Origin: Actinomycetota bacterium
GTDB taxonomy: Bacteria > Actinomycetota > Thermoleophilia > Gaiellales > Gaiellaceae
DNA length: 64,000 nt
Direction of reading: 5' to 3'
NCBI GenBank assembly: GCA_005884945.1
Contig: VAYM01000109.1
Location: 6,842 to 70,841 of the forward strand
Part shown: in pieces, positions 37,543 through 47,489 of the stretch
Position numbering within the stretch: the first letter of the stretch is position 1
Layout of the letters: the number at the start of each line of letters is the position of its first letter
Program-made: the position numbers and the translations under genes
The notes under the pieces: model-generated
Told to the model about the DNA's origin: nothing
Database searches by the model: none
The model's input: the letters and a program-made list of their open reading frames with translations, nothing else

Positions 37543-37818
37543 CTACGTCGGCGGTGCGGCCTTCGAGGTGAGGATCTCGGTCAGGCGCTCGACGTCGAGG
37601 TGGTCCAGGACGCCCCTCCCGCCCGTCTTCTGCAGGCGCGCGACGAGCTCGGCGCGCAGGATGTCGATCTTGCCGTGTAGCAAGCGCCGCTGGTACGAGA
37701 TCTCGAGCTCCTGCTGCGTGAGGTCGTCGATCAGCTGCTTGAGGTCGTCGTCGGAGAGCGTGCCGAGGTCGGGAAGTGGCTCCACAGGCTGCCTTTCGTG
37801 GTCGGAGGGCGGACTCAT
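37543..37818 (-). CDS. small coiled-coil protein, RsiG-like (candidate c-di-GMP-binding anti-sigma factor)
   Basis: 91 aa. LSDDDLKQLIDDLTQQELEISYQRRLLHGKIDILRAELVARL contains E-x3-S-x2-R-x3-H-x3-D. This differs by one residue (H for Q) from the RsiG motif E-x3-S-x2-R-x3-Q-x3-D. Confidence 0.55.
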   Translation of the reverse strand: MSPPSDHERQPVEPLPDLGTLSDDDLKQLIDDLTQQELEISYQRRLLHGKIDILRAELVARLQKTGGRGVLDHLDVERLTEILTSKAAPPT

Positions 37819-37861
37819 TGAATCAGTCCGCCCAGGAAAGGGTCAAGTTCTACTTGAGAGT

Positions 37862-40387
37862 TTAGACCGTTCCCGCGGTGACCCGCTCCGCGCCTTCGGT
37901 TTGCATGATCTCCTCGACCAGCGCGCGGTACTCGGCTTCGAGCGCCTGTGAGTCCTCCTGCGTCCGTCCCTCGGCGTACAGATGGAGCAGCGGATCGTCG
38001 GGGTCCGGGAGCACCTGAGCCCAGCCGCGCTTGTCGAACACCTTGATCCCGTCGGTGAGATCGAGCCGGCGGCTCTTGAGACGCTCCGTCAACACCCGCA
38101 TGACCAAGCCCTTCAGCGCGAATGGACAGTGCAGCTGCCGGTGGACGAGCGTCGGCGTGGGGAGATCGGCGACGAGCTCGGAAAGCGGGCGGTCGACCGG
38201 CGCGAGGAGCTCGAGCAACTTGCACAGGCTCGCGACGGCGTCGTATGCGGGCAGGAACTCCGGGAAGACGTAGCCGCCGCCGACCGCACCGGCAAAAATG
38301 ACGTCGTCCTCGGCCGCCGCCTTCGTGAGGTCCGCGAGCGACGCCGGCGTGCGGACGATCTCGAGCTCGCTGCCCTTCAGCAGGTTGTCCACCTGGCTCG
38401 TCACCGTGACGGGGAACGCGAGCTTCCCACGCCTGCCGTTCGAGCCGAGCAGCCGCAGGAACAGCAGCAGGGTCTGCTCGACCGGAATCTCCTTTCCGTG
38501 CTCGTCGGTCAGGTAGAGCCGCTCGGCCGCGCGGTCGAGCACGACGCCGAGATCGGCGCGCACGGCCGGGACGAGCTGCTTCACCTGTCCCATCGCCTCG
38601 CGGATCAGCTGGAAGCCCGAGTCGGCGCGGTCGGTCGTGAACCCGTGCGCCGAGATCGCCTCGAGGCCGAGCGGCCCGAGCAGCAACGGCAGGACGAACG
38701 ACGCCGCCGAGTAGCCGTAGTCGACGACGATCCTGAAGTTGCGGGCGCGGATAGCGTCGCCGTCGAGGCCGTCGAGGAGATCCTGGGCGTAGGTCTCGCG
38801 CACGCGTGCCGGATAGCTCACGGAGCCGACTGCACCGAACGCGACGCGCCGCAGCTCGCCGCGCGTGAAGTTCTTCTCCACTTCCTTCTGCAGCGAGCTC
38901 GTCATCTGGATCCCGGGCGGCTCGAAGAAGCGGATCTGGACGACCTCGGGATCGGCCTGACTCGTGCCGACGTGCACGCCGGCGTCGTAGCTCTCGCTCT
39001 TCAGCAGGTGGCGCGCGACGGCGGCAGGCAGCACGCGCAGGTCGGCGACGTCGAGACCCGTCGACGTGAAGCCGGAGATCAGCGCGCGTTTCGTCATCCG
39101 GCACGCCGGCGGCGACTCGCGGCTCGCCACCACACGTGCGCTGCGCGGCAGCGCGGTGCCGAGCGCCGCGGCGATCCGCACGGCAACCTCGGGCGTCAAG
39201 TCGACGTTGACGAGCCCCGCGACGGCGTCGCGACCGAAGAGCCGCGTCGACGCTCTCGACTCCCAGATCAGGCTCTCGTGGATCTGCGCGCCGGACTCGA
39301 CCTCCTTGTACGGGTAGATCCGTACGCCCGGCATGACGACGCTCTCCGAGCCGATCGTTACCTCGTCGCCGACGGCGACGCCTTCGTGGATCCGCACGTG
39401 GGCGCGGATGTCGCACGAACGGCCGAGGATCGCGCCTTCGACGAGCGAGCTGCGGCCGACGTGCGTCGACGCGTCGACAACGGAGCGCACGATTCGCGTC
39501 CGTTCGCGCAACGTGACGCTGTTCGACAGCACCGTGTGCGCGCCGACGCTGGCGCTCGGGGCGATCCGGCAGTAGTTGCCGACGTACGCCGGGCCCTCCA
39601 CCTGGTCGAGATCTCCGACCTCGACGCCTTCGCCGAGCCAGACGTGTCCGCGGATGCGGATCCCGGAGATGTTGAGCCGAACCTTCTCGTCGAGCGCGTC
39701 GAAGTTCGCCTGGCGGAACTGATCGAGGTTGCCGATGTCCTGCCAGTAGCCGTCCATCGCGTAGCCGTAGATCGGCCGGCCCATGTCGAGCAGGTACGGG
39801 AAGAGCTCCTTGGAGAAGTCGTAGGGGCGGTCGGTCGGGACGTGCCGCAGCACTTCCGGCTCCAGCACGTAGATGCCCGTGTTGATCGTGTCGGAGAAGA
39901 CCTGGCTCCACGACGGCTTCTCGAGGAAGCGCTCGACTCTCCCCTCTTCGTCCGTGACGACGATTCCGAACTCCAGCGGGTTGTCGACCGCCTTCAGGCC
40001 GATCGTGACGGCTGCTCCGCGTTCCTTGTGGAATGCGATCAGCTGCGAGAGGTCGACGTCGCAGAGCGCGTCCCCCGAGATGACGAGGAACGTCTCGTCG
40101 AGCTGCTTCGCGGCGTGGCGCACTGACCCCGCGGTACCGAGTGGCGACTCTTCGACCGAGTAGCCGATCTCCATCCCGAGCGTCTCTCCGTCGCCGAAGT
40201 AGCCGCGGATCGCCTGCGGCAGGAACGCGACCGTGACGATCACGTCGTTGAGCCCGTGCTCGCGCAAGAGCTCGAGGATGTGCTCCATGCACGGCTTGCC
40301 GACGATCGGGACCATCGGCTTCGGCTGATTCGACGTGAGCGGGCGCAGACGCGTGCCTTCGCCCCCGGCCATGACCACGGCTTTCAT
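37862..40387 (-). CDS. fused sugar-phosphate nucleotidyltransferase (ManC-like, with left-handed beta-helix) and phosphohexomutase-like protein
   Basis: Start at [18 protein letters not shown], followed by hexapeptide repeats. The C-terminal phosphomannomutase-like domains have a degenerate active-site loop (GTSQADP instead of TASHNP). The ATGA overlaps pgsA. It lies inside shadow ORF 37862-42034. Confidence 0.85.
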   Translation of the reverse strand: MKAVVMAGGEGTRLRPLTSNQPKPMVPIVGKPCMEHILELLREHGLNDVIVTVAFLPQAIRGYFGDGETLGMEIGYSVEESPLGTAGSVRHAAKQLDETFLVISGDALCDVDLSQLIAFHKERGAAVTIGLKAVDNPLEFGIVVTDEEGRVERFLEKPSWSQVFSDTINTGIYVLEPEVLRHVPTDRPYDFSKELFPYLLDMGRPIYGYAMDGYWQDIGNLDQFRQANFDALDEKVRLNISGIRIRGHVWLGEGVEVGDLDQVEGPAYVGNYCRIAPSASVGAHTVLSNSVTLRERTRIVRSVVDASTHVGRSSLVEGAILGRSCDIRAHVRIHEGVAVGDEVTIGSESVVMPGVRIYPYKEVESGAQIHESLIWESRASTRLFGRDAVAGLVNVDLTPEVAVRIAAALGTALPRSARVVASRESPPACRMTKRALISGFTSTGLDVADLRVLPAAVARHLLKSESYDAGVHVGTSQADPEVVQIRFFEPPGIQMTSSLQKEVEKNFTRGELRRVAFGAVGSVSYPARVRETYAQDLLDGLDGDAIRARNFRIVVDYGYSAASFVLPLLLGPLGLEAISAHGFTTDRADSGFQLIREAMGQVKQLVPAVRADLGVVLDRAAERLYLTDEHGKEIPVEQTLLLFLRLLGSNGRRGKLAFPVTVTSQVDNLLKGSELEIVRTPASLADLTKAAAEDDVIFAGAVGGGYVFPEFLPAYDAVASLCKLLELLAPVDRPLSELVADLPTPTLVHRQLHCPFALKGLVMRVLTERLKSRRLDLTDGIKVFDKRGWAQVLPDPDDPLLHLYAEGRTQEDSQALEAEYRALVEEIMQTEGAERVTAGTV

Positions 40388-40935
40388 CGTCTGGAGCCTT
40401 TCCAGACCGTGAACGCGTACACGCCGGCGGCGATCACGGCGAGAACGAGGCCGGCCGCGAACACCCAGTACGGCCAGTGGGTGCTGCGGTGCGTCACGAT
40501 CAGGAACCCGATTCCGGCGTACAGGAGCCATGTGGCGGTCTTGCCGATCAGGTTCACGTGCAGCTCGTAGCCTTGCGGGGCCGCGATCTTGTACCCGAGC
40601 ATGAGCGCGAGGTCGCGTCCGAGGATGACGACCAGTCCCTCCCACGGCATGTGATCGGCGACGAAGAGAAGGATCACGGCAGCGTCGATCATCAGCCGGT
40701 CGGCGAGCGGGTCGGCGATCCGACCGAAGTCGGATTCGACCTGCCAGCGGCGGGCGAGGTAGCCGTCGATCTGGTCGGTGACGCCGGCGACACCGAAGAC
40801 GATCCCGGCGGGCCAGCTGTGGCCGCCGTCGGCGGCGAGCATCAGCGCCACGAAGACCGGGATCAGGAGCAGCCGGAAGATCGTCAGCGCATTCGGCAGC
40901 TGTTGCAGCGGAAGGGGAACGGCCCGCGCCGACAT
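40384..40935 (-). CDS. pgsA: CDP-alcohol phosphatidyltransferase (PgsA-like)
   Basis: Motif [27 protein letters not shown]. Multi-TM protein. Confidence 0.88.
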   Translation of the reverse strand: MSARAVPLPLQQLPNALTIFRLLLIPVFVALMLAADGGHSWPAGIVFGVAGVTDQIDGYLARRWQVESDFGRIADPLADRLMIDAAVILLFVADHMPWEGLVVILGRDLALMLGYKIAAPQGYELHVNLIGKTATWLLYAGIGFLIVTHRSTHWPYWVFAAGLVLAVIAAGVYAFTVWKGSRR

Positions 40936-40998
40936 AGGACAAGGATAGTCGCCTTCCAAAAGCGTCCTTTCGGCCACGCCGAAACCCGCCACGTCCGC

Positions 40999-41057
40999 CG
41001 CACCCCCACCCTGATGAGGGTGGGGCGAAGCCCGCCACCCTCGAGATCGACGATACC
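40999..41057 (+). repeat. dispersed intergenic hairpin repeat, copy B
   Basis: cgcaCCCCCACCCtgatgaGGGTGGGGcgaagcccgccaccctcgagatcgacgatacc. The 8-bp stem pairs 41004-41011 with 41018-41025. Confidence 0.85.
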
Positions 41058-41104
41058 CGAGAAAGCTGCGCGAGTCCGCGCCGGAACTGTGACGATTCTC
41101 CGCG

Positions 41105-42112
41105 ATGGCCGAGCCGTTTCGCCTGCCCGGATTCGTGGACGCGCACTGTCACGCGTTCCAACGCGCGCTGCGCGGTCGAACGGGCGGCAGCGACTTCTGG
41201 TCGTGGCGCGAGCAGATGCTGAGCGTCGCGGCACAGCAAACGCCGGAGAGCGTGCGCCGCGAATACGCGCTCGTCTATCGCGAGCTCCGCGCCGCCGGCT
41301 ACACCGCGGTCGGCGAGTTCCACTACCTCGGCTTCGAGGAGGCGCTCGCCGCAGTGGACGCGGCCGAAGAGGCGGGGATCCGGATCGTCATCCTCCTCGC
41401 CGCGTACGCCCGCGGCGGGCTCGACCGCTTCCGCCAGGACTCGCCCGACGCGTATCTCCACCAGGTCGAGGAGCTCCGCGCGCGCGGCATCCGCGTCGGC
41501 GTCGCCCCCCACTCCGTCCGCGCGTGCCCCCCCGGCTGGCTCGAGCGGATCGGCCTCTACGCCGCCGACGAACTTTTGCCGCTCCACGTCCATGTCGACG
41601 AGCAGCCGCGCGAGATCGAGGAGTGTCTCGCCGAGCACGGCCTCCGGCCGATCGAGCTGCTCGAACGAACGGGCTGCCTGACGGAGCGGACGACGGTCGT
41701 CCACGCGACGCACGCGAACGGAGACGAGCTCGACCTGCTCGCGAAGGCCGGCGCACGCGTCTGTGCCTGCCCGACGACCGAGGCGAATCTCGGCGACGGC
41801 TTCCTGCCCGTCGAACGCGTCTGCACGCGCGGAATCGGCGTCTGCATCGGCTCGGACTCGAACGTGCGGATCGACCCGCTCGAGGAGCTGCGCGAGCTCG
41901 AGGGCATCGCGCGGCGCCAGTCGGGGCGACGCAACGTCCTCTCGGTCGAGACGCTGCTCTGCTACGGAGCCGACGAGGGCGCCGGCGCGCTCGGCCTCGA
42001 AGCTTGGGACGACGTCGTCGTCGATCTCGACCATCCATCGCTCCGGGGCGTCGAGGACGTGTTCGAAGGCTTGATCTCCGGCTGCAGCGCCGACGTGTTC
42101 TCCGATGTATGA
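41105..42112 (+). CDS. amidohydrolase-family protein (deaminase/deiminase-like)
   Basis: HxH motif FVDAHCHAF, then VHVDE, HATH and GSDSN metal-ligand motifs. It lacks the usual N-terminal beta-sandwich. Confidence 0.75.
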   Translation: MAEPFRLPGFVDAHCHAFQRALRGRTGGSDFWSWREQMLSVAAQQTPESVRREYALVYRELRAAGYTAVGEFHYLGFEEALAAVDAAEEAGIRIVILLAAYARGGLDRFRQDSPDAYLHQVEELRARGIRVGVAPHSVRACPPGWLERIGLYAADELLPLHVHVDEQPREIEECLAEHGLRPIELLERTGCLTERTTVVHATHANGDELDLLAKAGARVCACPTTEANLGDGFLPVERVCTRGIGVCIGSDSNVRIDPLEELRELEGIARRQSGRRNVLSVETLLCYGADEGAGALGLEAWDDVVVDLDHPSLRGVEDVFEGLISGCSADVFSDV

Positions 42113-42497
42113 GTGGCGAAGTCACACGGCCGAGATCGAGCTCGCAGTCGATGCCGGCTCGCCGGAGGAAGTCTTCGTCGAAGCGGTGCATGCTCTCGCT
42201 GAGCTGATCTCGCTCGGGCGAGACGCCGAGCCGCAGAGCAACCGCGTCGCGATCGAGGCCGCGGACCTCGGCGCGCTGCTCGTCGAATGGCTCGAGGAGC
42301 TGATCGTCCTCGCGGACACCGAGAGCTTCGTCCCCGAGCGCGTCGACGATCTCCGCATAGACGAGACGAGCCTCACCGCAACACTCGTCGGACGGGGCGG
42401 GCCGATCGATCCGCTCGTCAAGGCGGCGACGTACCACGGCCTCCGCTTCGCACGCGACGACGGCGTCTGGCAGGCTCGCGTCGTTCTGGACGTCTGA
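42105..42497 (+). CDS. archease
   Basis: 130 aa. HTAEIELAV...[10 protein letters not shown]...VVLDV are typical archease termini. It lies immediately upstream of rtcB. Confidence 0.85.
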   Translation: MYEWRSHTAEIELAVDAGSPEEVFVEAVHALAELISLGRDAEPQSNRVAIEAADLGALLVEWLEELIVLADTESFVPERVDDLRIDETSLTATLVGRGGPIDPLVKAATYHGLRFARDDGVWQARVVLDV

Positions 42498-43903
42498 TGG
42501 TCGACCTCCGCAGGATCGACGACACGCTGTACGAGATCCCCGCCGAGGCACGCCCGGACATGCGTGTCCCGGCCCGGGTGTTCGCCGACGACGAGCTGCT
42601 CGCTTCGATCCGCGGCGAGGACTCCCTCGCGCAGTTGCAGAACGTCGCGACGCTGCCGGGAATCGTCGAGGCGGCGATCGCGATGCCGGACATCCACCAG
42701 GGCTACGGCTTCCCCGTCGGAGGCCTCGCCGCGACGGAGCTTCCAGACGGCGTCGTGTCGCCGGGCGGCGTCGGCTACGACATCAACTGCGGCGTTCGCC
42801 TGCTCGCATTGCCGCTCACGATCGACGAGCTGGGCGACCGGAGGCAACGGCTCGTGCACGAGCTGTCGCGCGCGATTCCCGCCGGAGCCGGACGCGAAGG
42901 CGGCAGGCGCGTCGACGTCGACGAGGTCCTGCGCAACGGCAGCCGGACGGTCGCGGAGCGTGAGGAGGACGTCGAGCGCACCGAGTCCGAGGGGCGGCTG
43001 GACGGCGCGGACCCGTCCGCCGTGTCGGACCGCGCTCGGAAGCGAGGCGCGGGACAGCTCGGGACGATGGGCTCGGGCAATCACTTCGTCGAGGTGCAGG
43101 CCGTTGACCGCGTGTTCGACGCCGCCGGCGCAGACGCGTTCGGCCTCGGCGAGCGGCAGGTCACGGTCCTCATCCACTCCGGCTCGCGCGGGCTCGGTCA
43201 CCAGGTCTGCGGCGACTACGTCAAGCAGATGGACGCCGTGCTCGGCCGGTACGGAATCGAGCTTCCCGACCGGCAGCTGTCGTGCGCGCCGGCGTCCTCG
43301 CCGGAAGGACAGGCGTACCTCGCGGCGATGGCCGCGTCCGCCAACTTTGCGTGGGCCAACCGGCAGGAGATCGCGAATCGCACCCGCGCGTCCGTCGCGC
43401 GCGTTCTCGGCGACGACACCGCGGCGAACACGCGGCAGGTCTACGACGTCGCGCACAACGTCGCCAAGCCGGAGCGCCACCACGGCCGCGCCGTACTGGT
43501 GCACCGGAAGGGCGCGACGCGCGCCTTCCCCGCGGGCTCCGACGAGATTCCGGCGGCGTATCGCGAGGTCGGACAGCCGGTCTTCATTCCCGGCAGCATG
43601 GGCACCGCGAGCTACGTCCTCGCGGGTGAGCCCGGGTCGCTCCGGCGCTCCTTCGGAACGACCTGCCACGGCGCCGGCCGGCGCCTGTCCCGCACCGCGG
43701 CGAAGAAGGAGATCAGCGGCGCCGAGCTGCGGCGTCAGCTCGAAGGTCGGGGCATTGTCGTCGCCAGCGCGTCGAACAAGGGCCTCGCCGAGGAGGCGCC
43801 GTTCGCGTACAAGGACGTCGAAGCGGTGGTCGACGTCGTCGCGCGTGCGGGACTCGCCCGCCGCGTGGCGCGACTCGTGCCTATCGGCGTCGTGAAGGGC
43901 TGA
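42497..43903 (+). CDS. rtcB: RNA-splicing ligase RtcB
   Basis: PDIHQGYGFPVGG, GVGYDINCGVR, GSGNHFVE, HSGSRGLGHQ, HRKGAT and PFAYKD. Confidence 0.93.
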   Translation: MVDLRRIDDTLYEIPAEARPDMRVPARVFADDELLASIRGEDSLAQLQNVATLPGIVEAAIAMPDIHQGYGFPVGGLAATELPDGVVSPGGVGYDINCGVRLLALPLTIDELGDRRQRLVHELSRAIPAGAGREGGRRVDVDEVLRNGSRTVAEREEDVERTESEGRLDGADPSAVSDRARKRGAGQLGTMGSGNHFVEVQAVDRVFDAAGADAFGLGERQVTVLIHSGSRGLGHQVCGDYVKQMDAVLGRYGIELPDRQLSCAPASSPEGQAYLAAMAASANFAWANRQEIANRTRASVARVLGDDTAANTRQVYDVAHNVAKPERHHGRAVLVHRKGATRAFPAGSDEIPAAYREVGQPVFIPGSMGTASYVLAGEPGSLRRSFGTTCHGAGRRLSRTAAKKEISGAELRRQLEGRGIVVASASNKGLAEEAPFAYKDVEAVVDVVARAGLARRVARLVPIGVVKG

Positions 43904-44867
43904 CGCCTGCGCGGAGCTCGCCGGTCCAGCGCGCCGTTTCGCGGAGGTACGCGCGCTCGGCTGCGCGGCCGTGCAAGCCGTACGCGCCTTCGTAGCTCTC
44001 GTAGCGCCCGCCGTGGCCCGCGGGCTCGATCTGCGTTCCCTCGCTCCATTCGTTGTAGCTCGTGATCGTGACGATGTCCGCGTGCGCCGCGAGCGCGGAA
44101 CGCCACATGCAGTCGTAGGTCGCGCCGTCGTCGCGTGCCTTGATGCGCGCGTCGCCCGTCGTCGGCTGCGCGTCGTACCCGGGACCGACCGACGGCATGC
44201 ACAGGATTCCCGCCGCGTGTGCTTGCGCGCAGTAGCGCTCGAAACGGTCGCCGCCGTACAGGAGCACGTCGTACGTGTAGAACCCGGCGAAGCCGCTCCT
44301 CGCGGCGAAGCCGATCAAGTTCGTCTGCGCGAACACCCGGAAGCCGCTGATCCTGAGGTTGAGGACCCCCCACTCCGCGGCCGTGAAGTCGCCGGCGCGG
44401 TAGACGTAGACGTCGCGGATCCCGAGCATGCGGAGGTGCTCAAGATCGGACGCGATCGTCGCGATCGAGCGGCCGGGGTACGGCTCGATCTGGACCGCGA
44501 CGGCCAGATGCTGGCGACGCGCTGCCTTGATCACCGCCGGGAGGCGAAGGTCCTCCGGCGAGCCCCAGCCCCACCAGGAGCTGACGATCCCGTCGATGCC
44601 CGCGTTCCGGATGTCTCGCATCTGCGCGCGCAGGATTCGCGGATCGGCGCTCGAGTACGCGCCGCGCGCGGGGAAATACGCCGAGGCGACGTCGAGCGGC
44701 GGCGCGTGCGCGCCTTGCTGCCAGTGCGTGTACGACCCGTCGTGGGTCGGATTCGAGTACCAGGGATAGAAGAAGATCGCGCTTCGGACGGGCGCTGCGA
44801 AGCTCGTCGCGGGCAGCACGAGCGCAGCCGCCGACAGGGCCACGAGCTGCCGGAATCCTCGCCGCAT
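43881..44867 (-). CDS. secreted glycoside-hydrolase-like protein (GH99/endo-alpha-mannosidase-like)
   Basis: Signal peptide, then FFYPWYSNP...HW, GIDGIVSSWWGWGS and TSYNEWSEGTQIEP. The family assignment is from memory of motif patterns. Confidence 0.6.
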   Translation of the reverse strand: MRRGFRQLVALSAAALVLPATSFAAPVRSAIFFYPWYSNPTHDGSYTHWQQGAHAPPLDVASAYFPARGAYSSADPRILRAQMRDIRNAGIDGIVSSWWGWGSPEDLRLPAVIKAARRQHLAVAVQIEPYPGRSIATIASDLEHLRMLGIRDVYVYRAGDFTAAEWGVLNLRISGFRVFAQTNLIGFAARSGFAGFYTYDVLLYGGDRFERYCAQAHAAGILCMPSVGPGYDAQPTTGDARIKARDDGATYDCMWRSALAAHADIVTITSYNEWSEGTQIEPAGHGGRYESYEGAYGLHGRAAERAYLRETARWTGELRAGVSPSRRR

Positions 44868-45005
44868 CGCGCCAACCCTTTCACAGTGACCGGCTGCTTT
44901 CCTGCCTCAGCTGAGGGATACAGGGCATCACCCTTCCGCCCGATCTAGGAGGCAACCCAGTCGGCGCTGCGGTCCGCCGAGTTCGACGTCCACCTTCGGA
45001 AGGGG

Positions 45006-45197
45006 GTGAATCGAATCGTGACCCTCGTCGGCCTGTACGTGGCGCTTCAGACGCGCCTCTCTCGCGAAGATGGTCAGACGATGGCCGAGTACGGAGTGGT
45101 TCTCGCCGTCATCGCTCTTGCGTGCATCCTGGCCTTCACGGCCCTCTCGGGTGGGATCTCCAACGCGATCAACAACGTCGCGAAAGTCCTGCCGTAG
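45006..45197 (+). CDS. flp: Flp-family type IVb pilin
   Basis: Processing motif EDG/QTMAEYGVVLAVIAL (G/xxxxEY). 63 aa, with GAAGGGGG upstream. Confidence 0.8.
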   Translation: MNRIVTLVGLYVALQTRLSREDGQTMAEYGVVLAVIALACILAFTALSGGISNAINNVAKVLP

Positions 45198-45219
45198 TCG
45201 AACATCTGACTTCGATTTG

Positions 45220-45249
45220 AAAGAGGCCCCGTCACGGCGGGGCCTCTTT
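45220..45249. terminator. bidirectional intrinsic-terminator-like hairpin
   Basis: AAAGAGGCCCC (45220-30) pairs with GGGGCCTCTTT (45239-49) around an 8-nt loop. T-rich sequence follows. It lies between the convergent flp and DUF4242 genes. Confidence 0.75.
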
Positions 45250-45261
45250 CGTCTTTCATGT

Positions 45262-45558
45262 TCAGGCGGCCACGTCGACGGGGTCGGGACGGAGGACGAG
45301 CGTGTCCGCGACTGCGAAGATCTCGGTCGCAGGCATTCCCACCCGCAGGGCATGTTCACGGATCTTCTCGGGGCTCGATGCCTGGTAGATGCACAGGGAT
45401 CCGAGTGAGCCGTCCGGCTCGTGCACGACGTATGAGCGGATCCAGCGGATGTCGTCCGGCATCTCCTCGTCGCCGACCTGGCTCGAGCGCTGGACCACGC
45501 TCGGGAGCTCCGCGGGAGAGCTCCAGCCGCTGGACCTGCGGATCGCGTACAGCTGCAT
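45262..45558 (-). CDS. DUF4242-family protein
   Basis: IRWIRSYVV...SLCIYQASSPEKIREHALRVGMPATEI matches the DUF4242 pattern as I remember it. Confidence 0.65.
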   Translation of the reverse strand: MQLYAIRRSSGWSSPAELPSVVQRSSQVGDEEMPDDIRWIRSYVVHEPDGSLGSLCIYQASSPEKIREHALRVGMPATEIFAVADTLVLRPDPVDVAA

Positions 45559-45581
45559 TTCTCAACTCCTTCTTCGATAGT

Positions 45582-45624
45582 TAGCACGATCGTTCGTTCT
45601 CGTACTGTACGACCGATCGTGCTA
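45582..45624. promoter_or_regulatory. nested palindromes, probable TetR operator in the divergent promoter region
   Basis: TAGCACGATCG (45582-92) is perfectly inverted at CGATCGTGCTA (45614-24). The inner palindrome is CGTAC-T-GTACG (45601-11). It lies between the DUF4242 (-) and tetR (+) starts. Confidence 0.6.
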
Positions 45625-45638
45625 TCTTGTCAAGGAGG

Positions 45639-46250
45639 ATGGAGGCGACCTCCACGAGACGACAGCGCGCGGACGGCGCGCGTAGCAGGCAGGCGATCCT
45701 CCGCGCGGCCGCCAACCTCGCGACGATCGACGGTCTCGAGGGCATCTCGATCGGCAACCTCGCCGAGCACATCGGCATGAGCAAGAGCGGGCTCTACGCT
45801 CATTTCCGGTCGAAGGAGCAACTCCAACTCGAGACGGTCGAGACGGCGCTCGGCATCTTCAACGCAGAGGTTGTCGACCCGACGACGGGGATCGACGATC
45901 CACGCGAACGGTTACGCGTGCTGTACGGACGCTTCCTCGATCACATCGCGCAGCGGATCTTTCCCGGGGGCTGTTTCTTCGCCTCGGTCGAGGCAGAGTT
46001 CGACACGCATCCCGGCCCGGTCAAAGACAAGATCGCGGCGATCCAGCAGCAATGGACCGCAGGAGTCGAGGAACTGATTCGCGCAGCACAAGCCACCGGT
46101 GCTTTGCCCGCCTCCGAAGATGCGGCACAACTCGCGTTCGAGCTCGATGCGTACGGGCTGATGGGGAACACGAGCTTCGTGCTCCACGACGATCCCGCTT
46201 ATCTCGAACGCGCCCGTGAGGCGATCAACCGTCGTCTCGGTGGTGCGTAA
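45639..46250 (+). CDS. TetR-family transcriptional regulator
   Basis: ATG at 45639 with AAGGAGG upstream. HTH ISIGNLAEHIGMSKSGLYAHFRSKEQL. Confidence 0.88.
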   Translation: MEATSTRRQRADGARSRQAILRAAANLATIDGLEGISIGNLAEHIGMSKSGLYAHFRSKEQLQLETVETALGIFNAEVVDPTTGIDDPRERLRVLYGRFLDHIAQRIFPGGCFFASVEAEFDTHPGPVKDKIAAIQQQWTAGVEELIRAAQATGALPASEDAAQLAFELDAYGLMGNTSFVLHDDPAYLERAREAINRRLGGA

Positions 46251-46253
46251 GAG

Positions 46254-46328
46254 TCGGGGCGGCGAGATTCGAACTCGCGACCTCATGGCCCCCAGCCATG
46301 CGCGCTAACCAGGCTGCGCCACGCCCCG
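46254..46328 (-). tRNA. tRNA-Pro (anticodon GGG)
   Basis: Manual cloverleaf: CGGGGCG/TG/GCGC-AGCCTGGTTA-GCGC/G/CATGG-CTGGGGG-CCATG/AGGTC/GCGAG-TTCGAAT-CTCGC/CGCCCCG/A. 75 nt, CCA not encoded. Confidence 0.9.
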
Positions 46329-46388
46329 TGAGTCACCAGCTTAGCCCTTCGCAGTCCTTTCGGACTGACGCTCGTTCACAATTCAGCC

Positions 46389-46811
46389 GTGCCCCGAGGC
46401 GAGACCATCGGCCAGCGGATCAAGCGCCTCCGCCTGGAGCGCGGATTGTCGCAGCGCGACCTCTCGTTGCCCGGACTCAGCTATGCGTACATCTCGCGCA
46501 TCGAAGCGGATGCGAGGACCCCCTCGACAAAGGCGCTGAGGAAGATGGCGAACCGGCTGGGGGTCACGGTCGAACATCTGGAGCAAGGGAAACCGACGCC
46601 GACCGAGCTGGGAGTCCAGGATGCGGGACTCGACTTCGGCTCACTGAGCAAGCCTGAGGTTGAGGCGATCCGGCGCGCGGCAGCCGAAGGCGCGCGGGAC
46701 GCTGCACGGCGAGCGGCGGACCAGGTCATCGAAGACCGGCGCGAGGAAGAGCGCGCGAAACTGCGGCGGCGGCTGAAGGAGCTGGGCGGGTCAAAGGTAC
46801 GTCCGTGCTAA
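46389..46811 (+). CDS. XRE-family helix-turn-helix protein
   Basis: IGQRIKRLRLERGLSQRDLS..GLSYAYISRIEADARTPSTKALRKMANRLGV, with a charged helical C-terminus. Confidence 0.8.
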   Translation: MPRGETIGQRIKRLRLERGLSQRDLSLPGLSYAYISRIEADARTPSTKALRKMANRLGVTVEHLEQGKPTPTELGVQDAGLDFGSLSKPEVEAIRRAAAEGARDAARRAADQVIEDRREEERAKLRRRLKELGGSKVRPC

Positions 46812-46862
46812 AGGCTCGGCCTGCTCGCCGGTCCGACCGTACGTCTGGCTACTCTGCTGCAC

Positions 46863-47372
46863 ATGCGTCTGCGTCCGCCCTCACCCGCAATGGTCGTTGC
46901 CTCTCTGGCTCTCGCGATCTCGCTCAGCGGCGCCGCCTACGCGGTCTCCACGGCTCTGCCGCGGAGCAGCGTCGGCACCGTCCAGCTGAAGAACAACGCA
47001 GTCAACTCGGCGAAGGTGAAGAACGCCTCGCTCCGTGCCGTTGACTTCGCACCCGGCCAGATCCCCAGCGGACCGCAGGGGCCGGCAGGCCCTCAGGGCC
47101 CTCCAGGAGCAACCGGGCTGCAACTGATCTCCGGGAGCGGCGCTTCCAACAGCACCAGCCCGAAGAGCCAGCAGCAGGACTGCCCGGCGGGTAAGCGGGC
47201 AGTAGGCGGCGGCGGCGTTCTCACCGGCTCGATCAGCAACACCTTCCTCTGGACCAGTCGGCCGACCGATGCGGGGACCGGTTGGATCGCGTCCGGGCGC
47301 GAGTCGAGCGCGGGCAACGCGGGCAGCTGGGCCGTACAGACGTGGGTTATTTGCGCCAGCGTGGCGCCCTAG
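46863..47372 (+). CDS. secreted hypothetical protein with a short collagen-like GXY stretch
   Basis: Signal peptide, then VQLKNNAVNSAKVKNASL, GPQGPAGPQGPPGATG and a Cys-containing C-terminal domain. Confidence 0.65.
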   Translation: MRLRPPSPAMVVASLALAISLSGAAYAVSTALPRSSVGTVQLKNNAVNSAKVKNASLRAVDFAPGQIPSGPQGPAGPQGPPGATGLQLISGSGASNSTSPKSQQQDCPAGKRAVGGGGVLTGSISNTFLWTSRPTDAGTGWIASGRESSAGNAGSWAVQTWVICASVAP

Positions 47373-47489
47373 CGCTCCTCGCGCTCCTTCGCCGCCTCTT
47401 CGGGGCGCGCGCGGCAGGCCTCGCCGAGCGATCGATCGACGCATCCGATCAGCGCCGCGCGGCGCCGTGGAACCTCATCCGTTGACGCG

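Noticed and set aside
46254-46328. A genomic island integrated at tRNA-Pro.
   Set aside because: There is no integrase or recombinase, no duplicated tRNA 3' segment and no compositional break. The tetR stop lies only 3 nt from the tRNA 3' end.
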